Positions 1-9,200 of a DNA stretch of 64,000 bases are shown piece after piece (the stretch's first letter is position 1; every line of letters begins with the position of its first letter). Below the pieces are notes generated by a model, which saw only the letters and a program-made list of their open reading frames with translations, had not been told where the DNA came from and ran no database searches. The DNA lies in IMG/VR virus record IMGVR_UViG_3300024252_000004, positions 1 through 64,000 of that record; one strand, written 5' to 3'. Both the position numbers and the translations under genes were made by a program.

Positions 1-68
1 ATGAAAAATGGTGGTCCGATATCGGCAAAGAAAATGAACTAACAGAAGATGATGGTGAAGAATCATGA
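1..68 (+). CDS. 3' end of an upstream gene, truncated by the window edge
   Basis: Frame 3 reads EKWWSDIGKENELTEDDGEES to TGA at 66-68, overlapping the ATG at 65 (ATGA coupling). Confidence 0.6.
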   Translation, partial: EKWWSDIGKENELTEDDGEES

Positions 69-628
69 CAAAAGATAAGCTAAGAAAAAGAATGTCAAGG
101 GTTGAAGCTACTCCGCTTCAGGCAAAAGTTGATCCCTTAAACAATAACAGAAGAGGTAAAAATCACGTTGACATGAGCACAGAAGAGGAGCTATCTCACG
201 ATGATTTCTTTGATTTCGAAAGGGATCTTGTTGACATCAAGTCATCCAGAAGCTTAGCTGCTGATGCTCCTGGCTCTCAATCCTTCTTTACTACAGACTC
301 ATACACTGGCAATACTTCGGCTGTAGATGAGAAGCCTCAGCCATCTTTTATTATGATGGAAGAGGCTGAAGAAGAAGAGGAACCTGTGCCTTCTTTCGGA
401 ATGATATTGGATGAGTTAGATAATGAAGAGACTAATAACGAAATTATAGATGAAGCGCTCGATGCTGCTCATCTCGTTGGCTTTGCGTTTGTCCGATGTG
501 GGGCAACAAAAGGCAATGGAGAGAGGTGCAAAAGACAGGCTCCGAAAGGATTTTCAACCTGTTCTATAGGCGCTCACAGGAAGCAGGAAGCTTCTATTAA
601 TAAGGAGAGGATTGATGAAGACGGATGA
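65..628 (+). CDS. Hypothetical acidic protein with C-terminal Cys/His zinc-finger-like motif (DUF5763-like)
   Basis: C-terminal CGATKGNGERCKRQAPKGFSTCSIGAH; acidic, low-complexity N-terminal part. Family call is from recollection of the motif. Confidence 0.6.
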   Translation: MTKDKLRKRMSRVEATPLQAKVDPLNNNRRGKNHVDMSTEEELSHDDFFDFERDLVDIKSSRSLAADAPGSQSFFTTDSYTGNTSAVDEKPQPSFIMMEEAEEEEEPVPSFGMILDELDNEETNNEIIDEALDAAHLVGFAFVRCGATKGNGERCKRQAPKGFSTCSIGAHRKQEASINKERIDEDG

Positions 629-848
629 TACGACATATAAGACCTCTGACTTACCTTTAGCAGCGTACCTTTCTATGAGGGGTCTAGCACTCTTAAAGGC
701 AACTAAAGGCAGTGACGGTAAATTTGAGTTTCAATTGGATGATCCTGAAGATGTAGCTGACATTCTCGCTGTCGAATATCTTAATAGTGACTGTAGTAAA
801 TTCGATTACCACGTTCGCAGAATTAAAAAGTTTCTATACAGCAAGTAA
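615..848 (+). CDS. Small phage protein, DUF5659-like
   Basis: TSDLPLAAYL...GKFEFQLDD pattern recalls DUF5659. SD AAGGAG at 602-607 favours ATG 615 over TTG 612. Confidence 0.6.
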   Translation: MKTDDTTYKTSDLPLAAYLSMRGLALLKATKGSDGKFEFQLDDPEDVADILAVEYLNSDCSKFDYHVRRIKKFLYSK

Positions 849-857
849 GGATAAACA

Positions 858-1781
858 ATGGCAAACCCAAGATCATTAGCCGTACAAGGACAAGAAGTAA
901 CTCTTCAGGTTCAGTTCTACGACGCCAGCGGAGACGCTGTTGACGCCGACTCTACGCCTACGATTTCCGTAAGGAATACCGATGGCGAGGAGATTTTGGC
1001 AGCAACGTCTCGCGGTGTGCTTTCTGTTGACACTGGACTGTACGAGTATACTTATAGAGTTCCTGATGACGCAGAAGAAGGATCTTGGATGGACGATTGG
1101 ACTGCCATCATTGATGAGGTAGAATTCGAGACCACACTATTCTTCTCAACCGTAGCACCAGAGGTGACTCTTTCTGCGGATGTAGGACCGGGCATTATCG
1201 CGATTGCAGATGATGTAGTTTTTGATTTTGCGGAAGCAGAAATCTATGGAATTAATGTGCTCCTCAAGTACCTCAAAGCAAGACTTAGATCAACAGGCTT
1301 AAGGCCGGTTCGTGATGAATTCGGAGCTTTCGTTAAGGATGCTTACGGTGAATTCATTACAGAAGAATGCAATGTTTTTGATGATGACACACTTGTGTGC
1401 TTCTTATGTCAAGCTCTATCAGAGTTTAATATGATTCCATTCTTCACAACCTACGGTTTTCATGACCAAATTATTCAGACCCTATTTTCTTCAGCCATCG
1501 TTGAAGGGGCATATATTTTTGCAATTGCATCACAGGCAATCATCGAGAAGGGTCGTGACTTTACAATTACTGATGGCGGAGTTAGCTACCAGCCTCCACA
1601 GTTGGGTGACTTCTTGCAGTCCCACTATGGCACTTGGCTTACCAGTTACAGAGAAAGACTGAAGTTTATGAAGAATAGCATCAGACCTGGGCCGCGCGGA
1701 TTTGGAAGCTATTCCAACATGGCAAGTGGAGCACCTGCTTTCACAAGGCTCCGTCACCTAAGAGCAAGGAGGATTATCTAA
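858..1781 (+). CDS. Putative head-tail adaptor (neck) protein with N-terminal Ig/BppU-like domain
   Basis: Beta-rich N-terminus (VTLQVQFYDASG...TGLYEYTY). Helical C-terminal half with an FTITDGGVSY hairpin typical of gp6/gp15-type adaptors. Lies upstream of the tail genes. Confidence 0.5.
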   Translation: MANPRSLAVQGQEVTLQVQFYDASGDAVDADSTPTISVRNTDGEEILAATSRGVLSVDTGLYEYTYRVPDDAEEGSWMDDWTAIIDEVEFETTLFFSTVAPEVTLSADVGPGIIAIADDVVFDFAEAEIYGINVLLKYLKARLRSTGLRPVRDEFGAFVKDAYGEFITEECNVFDDDTLVCFLCQALSEFNMIPFFTTYGFHDQIIQTLFSSAIVEGAYIFAIASQAIIEKGRDFTITDGGVSYQPPQLGDFLQSHYGTWLTSYRERLKFMKNSIRPGPRGFGSYSNMASGAPAFTRLRHLRARRII

Positions 1782-2185
1782 TGGATGCAATTATCGAATA
1801 CTTAATTGCTAAGGGCGGGATTTGGGGCGTGCTACTTGCAGCTTCTCTTGCCTGGATCGTTTTCAGAGAAAGGGCATGGTCCTTGACCGGAAAGGACAAA
1901 ACTAAGAGCGTTGATATCAACGATTCTCTTAAGAAGCTTTCTTCAAAGCATGAGCTAACTTATAGCAAAATTGAAGATATCGGCAGAGCTATGGATGATT
2001 TCAAAGATATCAACCGCAAACAGGCCAAAGCCGCACATGCCCTACAGGAAAAACTACAAGAAGTCAACGATGAAAGAGTTGATGAGCTTAAGGAAGTCTT
2101 GCAGGATTATAACAAAACAATGGCAGAACTTTCTCTTGGCATTGATAAGATGAATTTCATTCTTGACATGAAGCTAGGAGATTAA
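1781..2185 (+). CDS. Single-TM membrane protein with coiled coil, holin-like (BhlA/UviB style)
   Basis: N-terminal hydrophobic GGIWGVLLAASLAWIVF followed by heptad-rich helix; TAATG coupling. Confidence 0.45.
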   Translation: MDAIIEYLIAKGGIWGVLLAASLAWIVFRERAWSLTGKDKTKSVDINDSLKKLSSKHELTYSKIEDIGRAMDDFKDINRKQAKAAHALQEKLQEVNDERVDELKEVLQDYNKTMAELSLGIDKMNFILDMKLGD

Positions 2186-2186
2186 C

Positions 2187-2378
2187 ATGACCTTTGGAAA
2201 ATCCTCTGATAAAAAAGAAATACAGAAGCTGCTTGATGAGTGCCTCAGCACCAAAGAATCATTTAGGAAAAGCCTAAAGAAACTTATTTCAAAAACAGAA
2301 GAGATGGGAAAAGAAAAGGAAATGAAACTTTCCCCTATTGACTCAGAACAAAAAGGAAAGCTTAAAGCATCAGTATGA
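2187..2378 (+). CDS. Small basic hypothetical protein
   Basis: SD AGGAG at 2177-2181; ATGA overlap with next gene. Confidence 0.55.
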   Translation: MTFGKSSDKKEIQKLLDECLSTKESFRKSLKKLISKTEEMGKEKEMKLSPIDSEQKGKLKASV

Positions 2379-2890
2379 TTATCATCTACGCCAGCGAGAA
2401 TACCGAAAAACTATATCTCTCGATTGAGAATTCTGTCAGATTGATCAAAGAGATCAAGGACGAACTTCGCACAAGAGACGTAGTAAAAGAGGTATGCAAA
2501 GAATATGGGTTCACTACCGATATCATTGATGGCGTTGTGATCAAATTTGATGACATCGAAACCTCTGCCGAAACTGTTAATGGGGAAATGGTATTGAATA
2601 ATGAACTCATCAAAGAAGAATTTGATGTGCTCATGCGATACCCCGTCCATGAGCTTGTCCATGTCTTCCAGCATATGAGAAGAGAAGGTACGGGAGGAGA
2701 TCCCTATGAAGGAGTTGAATACATTGACCGACCAGATGAGCAAGAAGCCTTCATCGCCCAAATCGAAGACGAAAAAGAATCAAGAGGCGAGGAAGCGGCT
2801 GAGGAATATGTGGATGAGTTGCTTACTTATCACAAAGTACCGGAACAAGAAAAGCCAGAAAAAAAAGAGATACTCTTAGGACTTAGTTAA
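2375..2890 (+). CDS. Zincin-type metallopeptidase-like protein
   Basis: HELVH (HExxH) motif followed about 25 aa later by EQEAF, a candidate third zinc ligand. Confidence 0.65.
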   Translation: MIIIYASENTEKLYLSIENSVRLIKEIKDELRTRDVVKEVCKEYGFTTDIIDGVVIKFDDIETSAETVNGEMVLNNELIKEEFDVLMRYPVHELVHVFQHMRREGTGGDPYEGVEYIDRPDEQEAFIAQIEDEKESRGEEAAEEYVDELLTYHKVPEQEKPEKKEILLGLS

Positions 2891-4905
2891 TGTTGTCAAT
2901 TTCAGGAAAAACACCCGCAGAGGGTGAGAAGAATGTTGACCTCGACACCACAATCGAATTTTCTATTATCGATGATGGTACCGGGATTGACATATCTACG
3001 CTTATCGTTGAGGTCAACGGAGCCAGAGCATATGATGGCTCCGGGTTCGGCACTGGCTATGATGGAGCTTTTTCTGAAGTTACTCCTGATGGTGATGATT
3101 ATACAGTAGTTATTGATCGCGAAGCTGATTTCCTTCAGAGTCTTGTTGTTGGAGTGCAGGTACAGGTTAAGAGTGTTGATGAAGATTACTTAAATGATCT
3201 GTGGGCATTTAAAACGGTCCTTGCGGAACCTCAGCTTACTGACAATTCTCCTTCACAGGATGAGGAGCTTGATCAGCCTCAGCTAATCCATTTAGAGTTC
3301 GAAGACCTTATTGACGGAGTCGATCTTACTTCGATTGATATCTCCATCAACGGCTTAGGCTACATCGTTAGCGGAACTATCCAGACAGAATGGAACGGTG
3401 CTCTGTCATCGATTTCCGCTACGGACGATGGAGTCATCGTTCGCATAGATCCTCTGGAGTCCCTGAAGAAGGGAGCCTACACGGTTCAATACTCGGTAGC
3501 TGATAGCAACTCCAATTTTCTCAATGGTGTTCTAGACTTCTCTGTTGTTAAGAATTTAACGCTTCCGTCTGATATAAAACAAATAGGCTTTACAGGTTTT
3601 TTCCAAGGAATTAAGAAGACATCAGATCTTGGTTGCGGAGATTCCATCCGAGTCGAATGGCACAACCCTATTGTTAGAAGCGTAAATTACGAATCCTTTC
3701 TTTTGCTTTATAAAAATGAGAGTAGGCTGTCCACATTTGATGGCGATCCCTCATACATCGCACCATCAACAGTCACTCAGGGTGACATCAGTGGGCTAAT
3801 TCCAGGCGACACTATCTCTTACGGAGTTAGGGCCATGGAAGCAACGTTAGATGTGTGGGACCTTTCGGGCATGCAAGAAATGGATGATGGTCTTTACATC
3901 ATCCCAGGTAGGGCATCTGTTAGTACAAGCGCAACAGAGACGGATCTTAGAATTGAAGTAGATTCCACAAGTGGCTGGCCCGAGTCTGGCCTCATTAAGA
4001 TCGGAAATGAAGTGATGAGGTACACCTCAATCTTATCTGATTCGGATACGTTTGTAATTCATGATGACGGCAGGGGACTCTTTGGTTCAACGGCTGGCGT
4101 GTACGTTGAAGGAGATGAGGTTAGCCTCTTCGTGGCATGTCAGGATAATAACTCAGTCATCCTAATGGCTACACCGTCCTATCACGATGGTTACCAGTCA
4201 GGGAGAGAGATTAATTCAACGGGAATCATTGTTCCTGACTTCTCAGATAATGATAGTAAAGTTTTTCAGGGTTTTGATTTCTGCGGATATCACCATCCTC
4301 TGCCACAGCAAGTTCTTCAGAATGAGAAGTGCGGAAGCTATCTCGGCGGAGAGCATAATGGTTGGAGGGGTATGGACCTTTACGACAGAATGCTCAATAG
4401 GGAAGAAGTTCTTCTCGACCAGACTGGAGAGCCGATCATTCTATTGAGAAGGATTTGGGACGGAGAGAAGTGCTCTTGTGCCCACACAAGAAGAGACCAT
4501 CCGAAGCTGAAGTCTTGTGCTGAATGTTTTGGAACAACTTATGTTGGTGGCTACAGTCAATTCCTTAATCAGAGAAGAGCCGACAAGAGGATTATGATGA
4601 GCTTCAAGGAAGCTCCAGAAGATTTGAAGCATGGCGATCATGAGCAGTTGCAACAAGAGTTCGAGCCAGGGGCTTGGACATTGCCGATGCCAGCAATTAA
4701 AGATAGAGATGTGCTTGTGAGATTTGACTTCACAGATGATATTGAATACATCTATGAAGTATTAGATTCATCAAGAGAGAAGATTTTGTACCGACATTTC
4801 GGAAGACAGAACCTTAAGCTCAAGAGAATGGACAAAACTGATATCCTATATACACTAATAAAGAGTGCTATTATAGACAACACATTGTTGCCCACAATTG
4901 AATAG
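2890..4905 (+). CDS. Putative head-closure/neck protein with N-terminal Ig-like and FN3-like domains and a zinc-ribbon motif
   Basis: Two Big_5-like repeats (TPAEGEKNVDLDTTIEF; SPSQDEELDQPQLIHLEF), FN3-like VEWHNP...GLIPGDTISYGVRA, and C-terminal KCSC...SCAECFGTTYVGGY as in myovirus neck/closure proteins. Confidence 0.55.
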   Translation: MLSISGKTPAEGEKNVDLDTTIEFSIIDDGTGIDISTLIVEVNGARAYDGSGFGTGYDGAFSEVTPDGDDYTVVIDREADFLQSLVVGVQVQVKSVDEDYLNDLWAFKTVLAEPQLTDNSPSQDEELDQPQLIHLEFEDLIDGVDLTSIDISINGLGYIVSGTIQTEWNGALSSISATDDGVIVRIDPLESLKKGAYTVQYSVADSNSNFLNGVLDFSVVKNLTLPSDIKQIGFTGFFQGIKKTSDLGCGDSIRVEWHNPIVRSVNYESFLLLYKNESRLSTFDGDPSYIAPSTVTQGDISGLIPGDTISYGVRAMEATLDVWDLSGMQEMDDGLYIIPGRASVSTSATETDLRIEVDSTSGWPESGLIKIGNEVMRYTSILSDSDTFVIHDDGRGLFGSTAGVYVEGDEVSLFVACQDNNSVILMATPSYHDGYQSGREINSTGIIVPDFSDNDSKVFQGFDFCGYHHPLPQQVLQNEKCGSYLGGEHNGWRGMDLYDRMLNREEVLLDQTGEPIILLRRIWDGEKCSCAHTRRDHPKLKSCAECFGTTYVGGYSQFLNQRRADKRIMMSFKEAPEDLKHGDHEQLQQEFEPGAWTLPMPAIKDRDVLVRFDFTDDIEYIYEVLDSSREKILYRHFGRQNLKLKRMDKTDILYTLIKSAIIDNTLLPTIE

Positions 4906-4913
4906 GAGAGAAT

Positions 4914-5252
4914 ATGTGGATTAAAAATACTTCCGGCAAAAAAGATGCAATGCTTACCTTCGCGTTAATCGCGTTTATGGTGACGACTGCAAATGTCTTG
5001 CTTTCTACTATTGGCAGCTTTTCGGCTGGCGATTTTCAGATTAGCTTTGAGGCGTTAGATGCAGCCATTATGTCGACTTACCTTGGAATTGCATTCTCAG
5101 CATACGTTGGCAGAAGATGGACAGATAAGAAATACGTGGACGAACTTGGTTTGCCGAGCGATCTGCAAGAGCCTCATTATGACGAGGTTGAGCAGGAAGA
5201 GCATTACTCCCAGGGCGAGGAGCCACCGGAGCCACCACCAAGTCTGCTGTAG
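4914..5252 (+). CDS. Two-TM membrane protein, holin-like
   Basis: Two hydrophobic segments and an acidic/Pro-rich C-terminal tail; SD AGGAG. Confidence 0.5.
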   Translation: MWIKNTSGKKDAMLTFALIAFMVTTANVLLSTIGSFSAGDFQISFEALDAAIMSTYLGIAFSAYVGRRWTDKKYVDELGLPSDLQEPHYDEVEQEEHYSQGEEPPEPPPSLL

Positions 5253-5260
5253 GGAATAAA

Positions 5261-5590
5261 ATGAAATGGTTTAAAAAGTTAAGCGCCAGAGCAAAAGTAG
5301 TGCTTGGCGTTATCACTTCTATATTTGGTTTCATCTTTTTTGTTTTCGTTAGAGGCAAGCTTAATGCAAAAAGTAAACTTAAGCATGAGCTTGACAATGT
5401 AAGGCGCCAGACAGAGATGGTCAATCTCGAAGAAGATTTCGAAGAGAGGGAGCGCAAGCTTTCTTCTTTAAGACAGAAGGAAAAAGATCTAAGAAAGAAG
5501 ATTAAAGAAGTAGAGGAAAGAGAGTATAAAGGAGAAGAGGTTTCCGTTGAGGAGATCGATGATTTCTTCAAAAGACGAGGTTTGATGTGA
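5261..5590 (+). CDS. N-terminal TM plus coiled-coil protein (spanin-like or other lysis accessory)
   Basis: Basic N-terminus, TM VVLGVITSIFGFIFFVFV, long charged coiled coil. Confidence 0.45.
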   Translation: MKWFKKLSARAKVVLGVITSIFGFIFFVFVRGKLNAKSKLKHELDNVRRQTEMVNLEEDFEERERKLSSLRQKEKDLRKKIKEVEEREYKGEEVSVEEIDDFFKRRGLM

Positions 5591-5775
5591 AAGAACTTAA
5601 ATACTTAAAAATCGTTATCCCTCATCTTGATAAGGACATGCGTAAGCTCGCCCAGTTTTTAGCTGCCGGTAAGATTACTATTGATCTATACGAGTTAGAG
5701 TCTATGATTAACCCTGAGAAATTCGAATTCCCTGAAGAAGAAGTTGAAATGGTTGGAGTGGATCTGAATGAATAA
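5587..5775 (+). CDS. Small hypothetical protein
   Basis: GTGA overlap with the upstream gene and overlap with the downstream start; fills the operon gap. Confidence 0.55.
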   Translation: MKELKYLKIVIPHLDKDMRKLAQFLAAGKITIDLYELESMINPEKFEFPEEEVEMVGVDLNE

Positions 5776-6235
5776 GGCATTTAAGTTTATAGGAAAAGTT
5801 CTTTCGGTGATAGCGGTAGTTATGCTTGTAGCTTTTCCTGCGCATGCTGGTAAGAGATTGCCAGAGGGTACAGTCTTGGCAGAAGAGTCATACGTATTCA
5901 CAGTTGATGAAGCCACTGAACTAATGCAGACCATCGAATCGTTGGAAGCAAAGGTAGCTCAGCAAGAAGAAACAATTGTGCTCCATAAGGAGCTTGATGA
6001 AGTAAACGAAGAACAAGAGGTCGAGCTTGAGGTTCTATTGGAGATCAGGCACGAACAGATTACAGCTTATGAAGAGTGGGTGGTCGCAGACGCCGCAAGG
6101 ATTAAGGCACTTGAGAGGCAGAAGAGAATTACACAGTTGGAGAGGTGGGGTTTCCTCGCTATTGGTGTCGTAGTTACTGGTGGGGCCATAATCGTGGCAG
6201 ACCGGTTAGATGATCGTGTGCTTGAAAACAACTAA
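5768..6235 (+). CDS. Exported coiled-coil protein with signal peptide and C-terminal TM anchor
   Basis: MNKAFKF...VAFPAHA|G signal peptidase I pattern, coiled coil, C-terminal WGFLAIGVVVTGGAIIVA. No lipobox Cys. Confidence 0.55.
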   Translation: MNKAFKFIGKVLSVIAVVMLVAFPAHAGKRLPEGTVLAEESYVFTVDEATELMQTIESLEAKVAQQEETIVLHKELDEVNEEQEVELEVLLEIRHEQITAYEEWVVADAARIKALERQKRITQLERWGFLAIGVVVTGGAIIVADRLDDRVLENN

Positions 6236-6280
6236 TTTCAGCATCCTGTATAGTGACAATATTAATTAGAGAGGCGTTCT

Positions 6281-9200
6281 ATGGGTAAATCTAAATATCC
6301 ATCACAATTAGATACTTCAGTAGAAATTCCTGCTGTAAGAGATAATATTCTTGAGGTCGGCTCCGAAGTTATCAACAGTCTGAGACATGCAATTTTTCAG
6401 ATTGAGAGAACTCTCGGCGTTAACCCCCAAGGTGCGTCTGGAAATACCGTCACGAGCAGACTTGACAAGGTAGTCGATGGCAATGGAAACATTAAAAAAG
6501 AGGCTCTCACTCAGGCTAATGTGCTTGCAGGTCCAGTCACCGACGCTGATGTATCAAAAGTAGCTGCAATCCGAGAGACAAAGCTTAAGCTTGATTATCC
6601 AACTAAGCTTCTACAGTCTGAAATTTCCGTACTTGGTAATCAGATTGATGCATTAGTTTCTCAGCTTGAGGATATGAATTCGATACTTTCAGTACACGTA
6701 CATCCTGATGCCAAGAATAGACACAAGGCTACTGCAATCTCTGTTGAGACCAGCACGATCTCCACAAGCTCAGAGGCAACTGCCGAGCTTGATGGTACAG
6801 ATGTGCAAGCAGTCCTTAGCTCACTATATGATGGACATATAAATTACGATGGCTCCGACATCACAGAAACAAATAGGTCTCACGAGGCTATGCAGATTTT
6901 CTTTGATGATACAAACGTCTCGGCACTTGTGCCGGCAGACAACGCACAGGATGCCATTGAGGGAGCTATCAACGCAGCTACACTGTCCCAGATTAATCAT
7001 CAGGACTTGTACCACGCCAATGGTTTCCATAGAGTTTCAAAGATTTACTCTGCTGATGACAGCACGGTAGGGACTCCAGTTATATCAGAAGAGACGATTA
7101 CGTTCGCCAAAAATGTTGGCGATTCCGATCCGACATTCTTAGTTACATTTTCATCACCATATGAGGAGTCAGAGCTTACTGTGGAGAATGGTGATGTTCT
7201 TACCATTCTTGACGAGAATGATGACGACAGCCTAATTAATGGTGACTACCAGATTTATAAAGTTTCAAGAGATGGAGATGGTTACGTAGAGTCTGTGAAT
7301 GTATTTGGAACATCAACCGAGAACTCTTCGGCAAGTGTCGTAGGAACAGTAAGGAAAGCATTTAGAAGAAAAACAAATCAGGCAGGGCTATTGGTTACCG
7401 CAAGGCAGTCCGCAGATTTAACATCCGCAAAGGTGTTGCAGGTCTGCGATCCAAATGCGGTCAGAGTTATCTCAAGATACATTCGCCCAGCAGAGATCAC
7501 AGCATCCTCAAATACGTTATCAATCGAGGTTGACGAAACAGATACTTATGATTTCGAACTGCATGATTCTACAAAAACCAGACAATCTATTGATTCACTC
7601 ATTGTGAAGTTTAATGAGAAAGCAGCAGAGGACAAGATTCCTTTGACAGCTTATCGTTTAGACCAAGAAGCAGGAGGTTCAGAACTCGTAATTGCTCATA
7701 TTTATCCAGACGAATCGGATAACTTTAGAAGCCTCAAGTTAAGTCAAGGAAGTGATGACGGAATCACCGCTCTTGGATTTAGCCACATTGAGGATGTTAA
7801 AGTTGTTGCGGTTTATGGTTCGCCCTTTTCCATAAAGGGCAAAGACTATAATGGACTTGTTGAAAAGCTTGATACGACAGATCTTGTGTTCTTTGCTGGC
7901 CTCAGAACAGTAAGCGTCGGAGAAGGCTCAACTGATTTCGAGGAGATTGGAATTAGGGAGGGAGATGTTCTTCTAATCTCTGGGTCAGAAGAGGCCAACG
8001 ATAATGGTGCATTTGTAATTGAAGCTGTTAATGCAACCGAGCTAACACTTGACAACGGACAACTTCCGTCAGGCTTTACGTCATCAAGTGGTGAGGACCT
8101 TAGGTTCCTTGTTTATAGCAACACTTTAAATATCGAATCCATTACTTTCAAAGAAGTAAGCGGTTCCTTTTCCTGTGCTCTTGTTGATGTCTTTATGGAC
8201 GAAAACAGAAGCATCTTTGGTCAAACAGCAATTGAGTACGCTACAACTCTGAACGGCACAAATGCTTTATTCGAAATTGTAGATTACTCTGGAGAGCTTG
8301 ACGGCCAAACCATTACTCTCAGTATTGAGAAGAATGATAGCGGAACAGGTGTGGACGTTTCTTTGGATGGCGGTGATGCGCTTCACGTACTTGGTAAGGA
8401 TAACTATATCAAAGTATGTTCTGGAACTTACAGTGTTGAGTTCACATTGCTGATAGACGATGCGGATGAGGTTTACACTTGGATTGATACTAATTCTACA
8501 ATCTCAACTTCTGTGTATACCTTTAAACAACTTGATACACATTCCAACCTTCATATCGCAAGAGTACCTTTCGGTAGCTTCTCTGGCCGAGTAATCGGTG
8601 GACCTGAAGGAACAGGAAGAATTACCTCCATTCTTGAAAAGGGTGGTCTTGGTGTTGATGATATCGCTACATCAGCGAAGTATGCATTAATCGAAAGGCC
8701 ACTTGATGAATTGAGAAGCAATGGTGTGGTTAAGAATGTAGAGATTAGTGGAGTCGGATTAGACGATGGTAAATATCAATTTACCCTATCTGCTGGTGTA
8801 TTCTATGTTGGCGGCTTAAGATATGATTACCCTGGCGGTTCATATATCACAGATCTTGACTCAGGAACTTACGATAAGATTTTCATCTTCGCAAACACAG
8901 ACGGAAATATTTGCTTTGAAGCAGCATTGAGTGCTCCAGCTTGTACATCTCCTGCCAGTGACAGTGATGTTGTATCTCTTTACACCCTTGAGTATAGCAG
9001 TTCTACCACTTACGCTTATGATATGAGACTCTTCATTACAGACCTTGATCTCAAGGTGCTTAATGCGGTCATCGTAAGTAACCAGCCCGGTATGGGACAC
9101 TTCACCGATCTTAGAAAAGCTTTAGATTACACAAGAAGATTTTCTCAGATTTTCCCGAAGGCAGGAACTCCATCTGTTCACTTCAAGTCTGGCACCTATG

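Noticed and set aside
2859-2892. Second slippery site A_AAA_AAA (2860-2866) whose -1 frame is that of the 671-aa neck gene
   Set aside because: The -1 frame hits TAG at 2884-2886 before the neck gene start, and TAG is a real stop elsewhere (4905, 5252, 15003).
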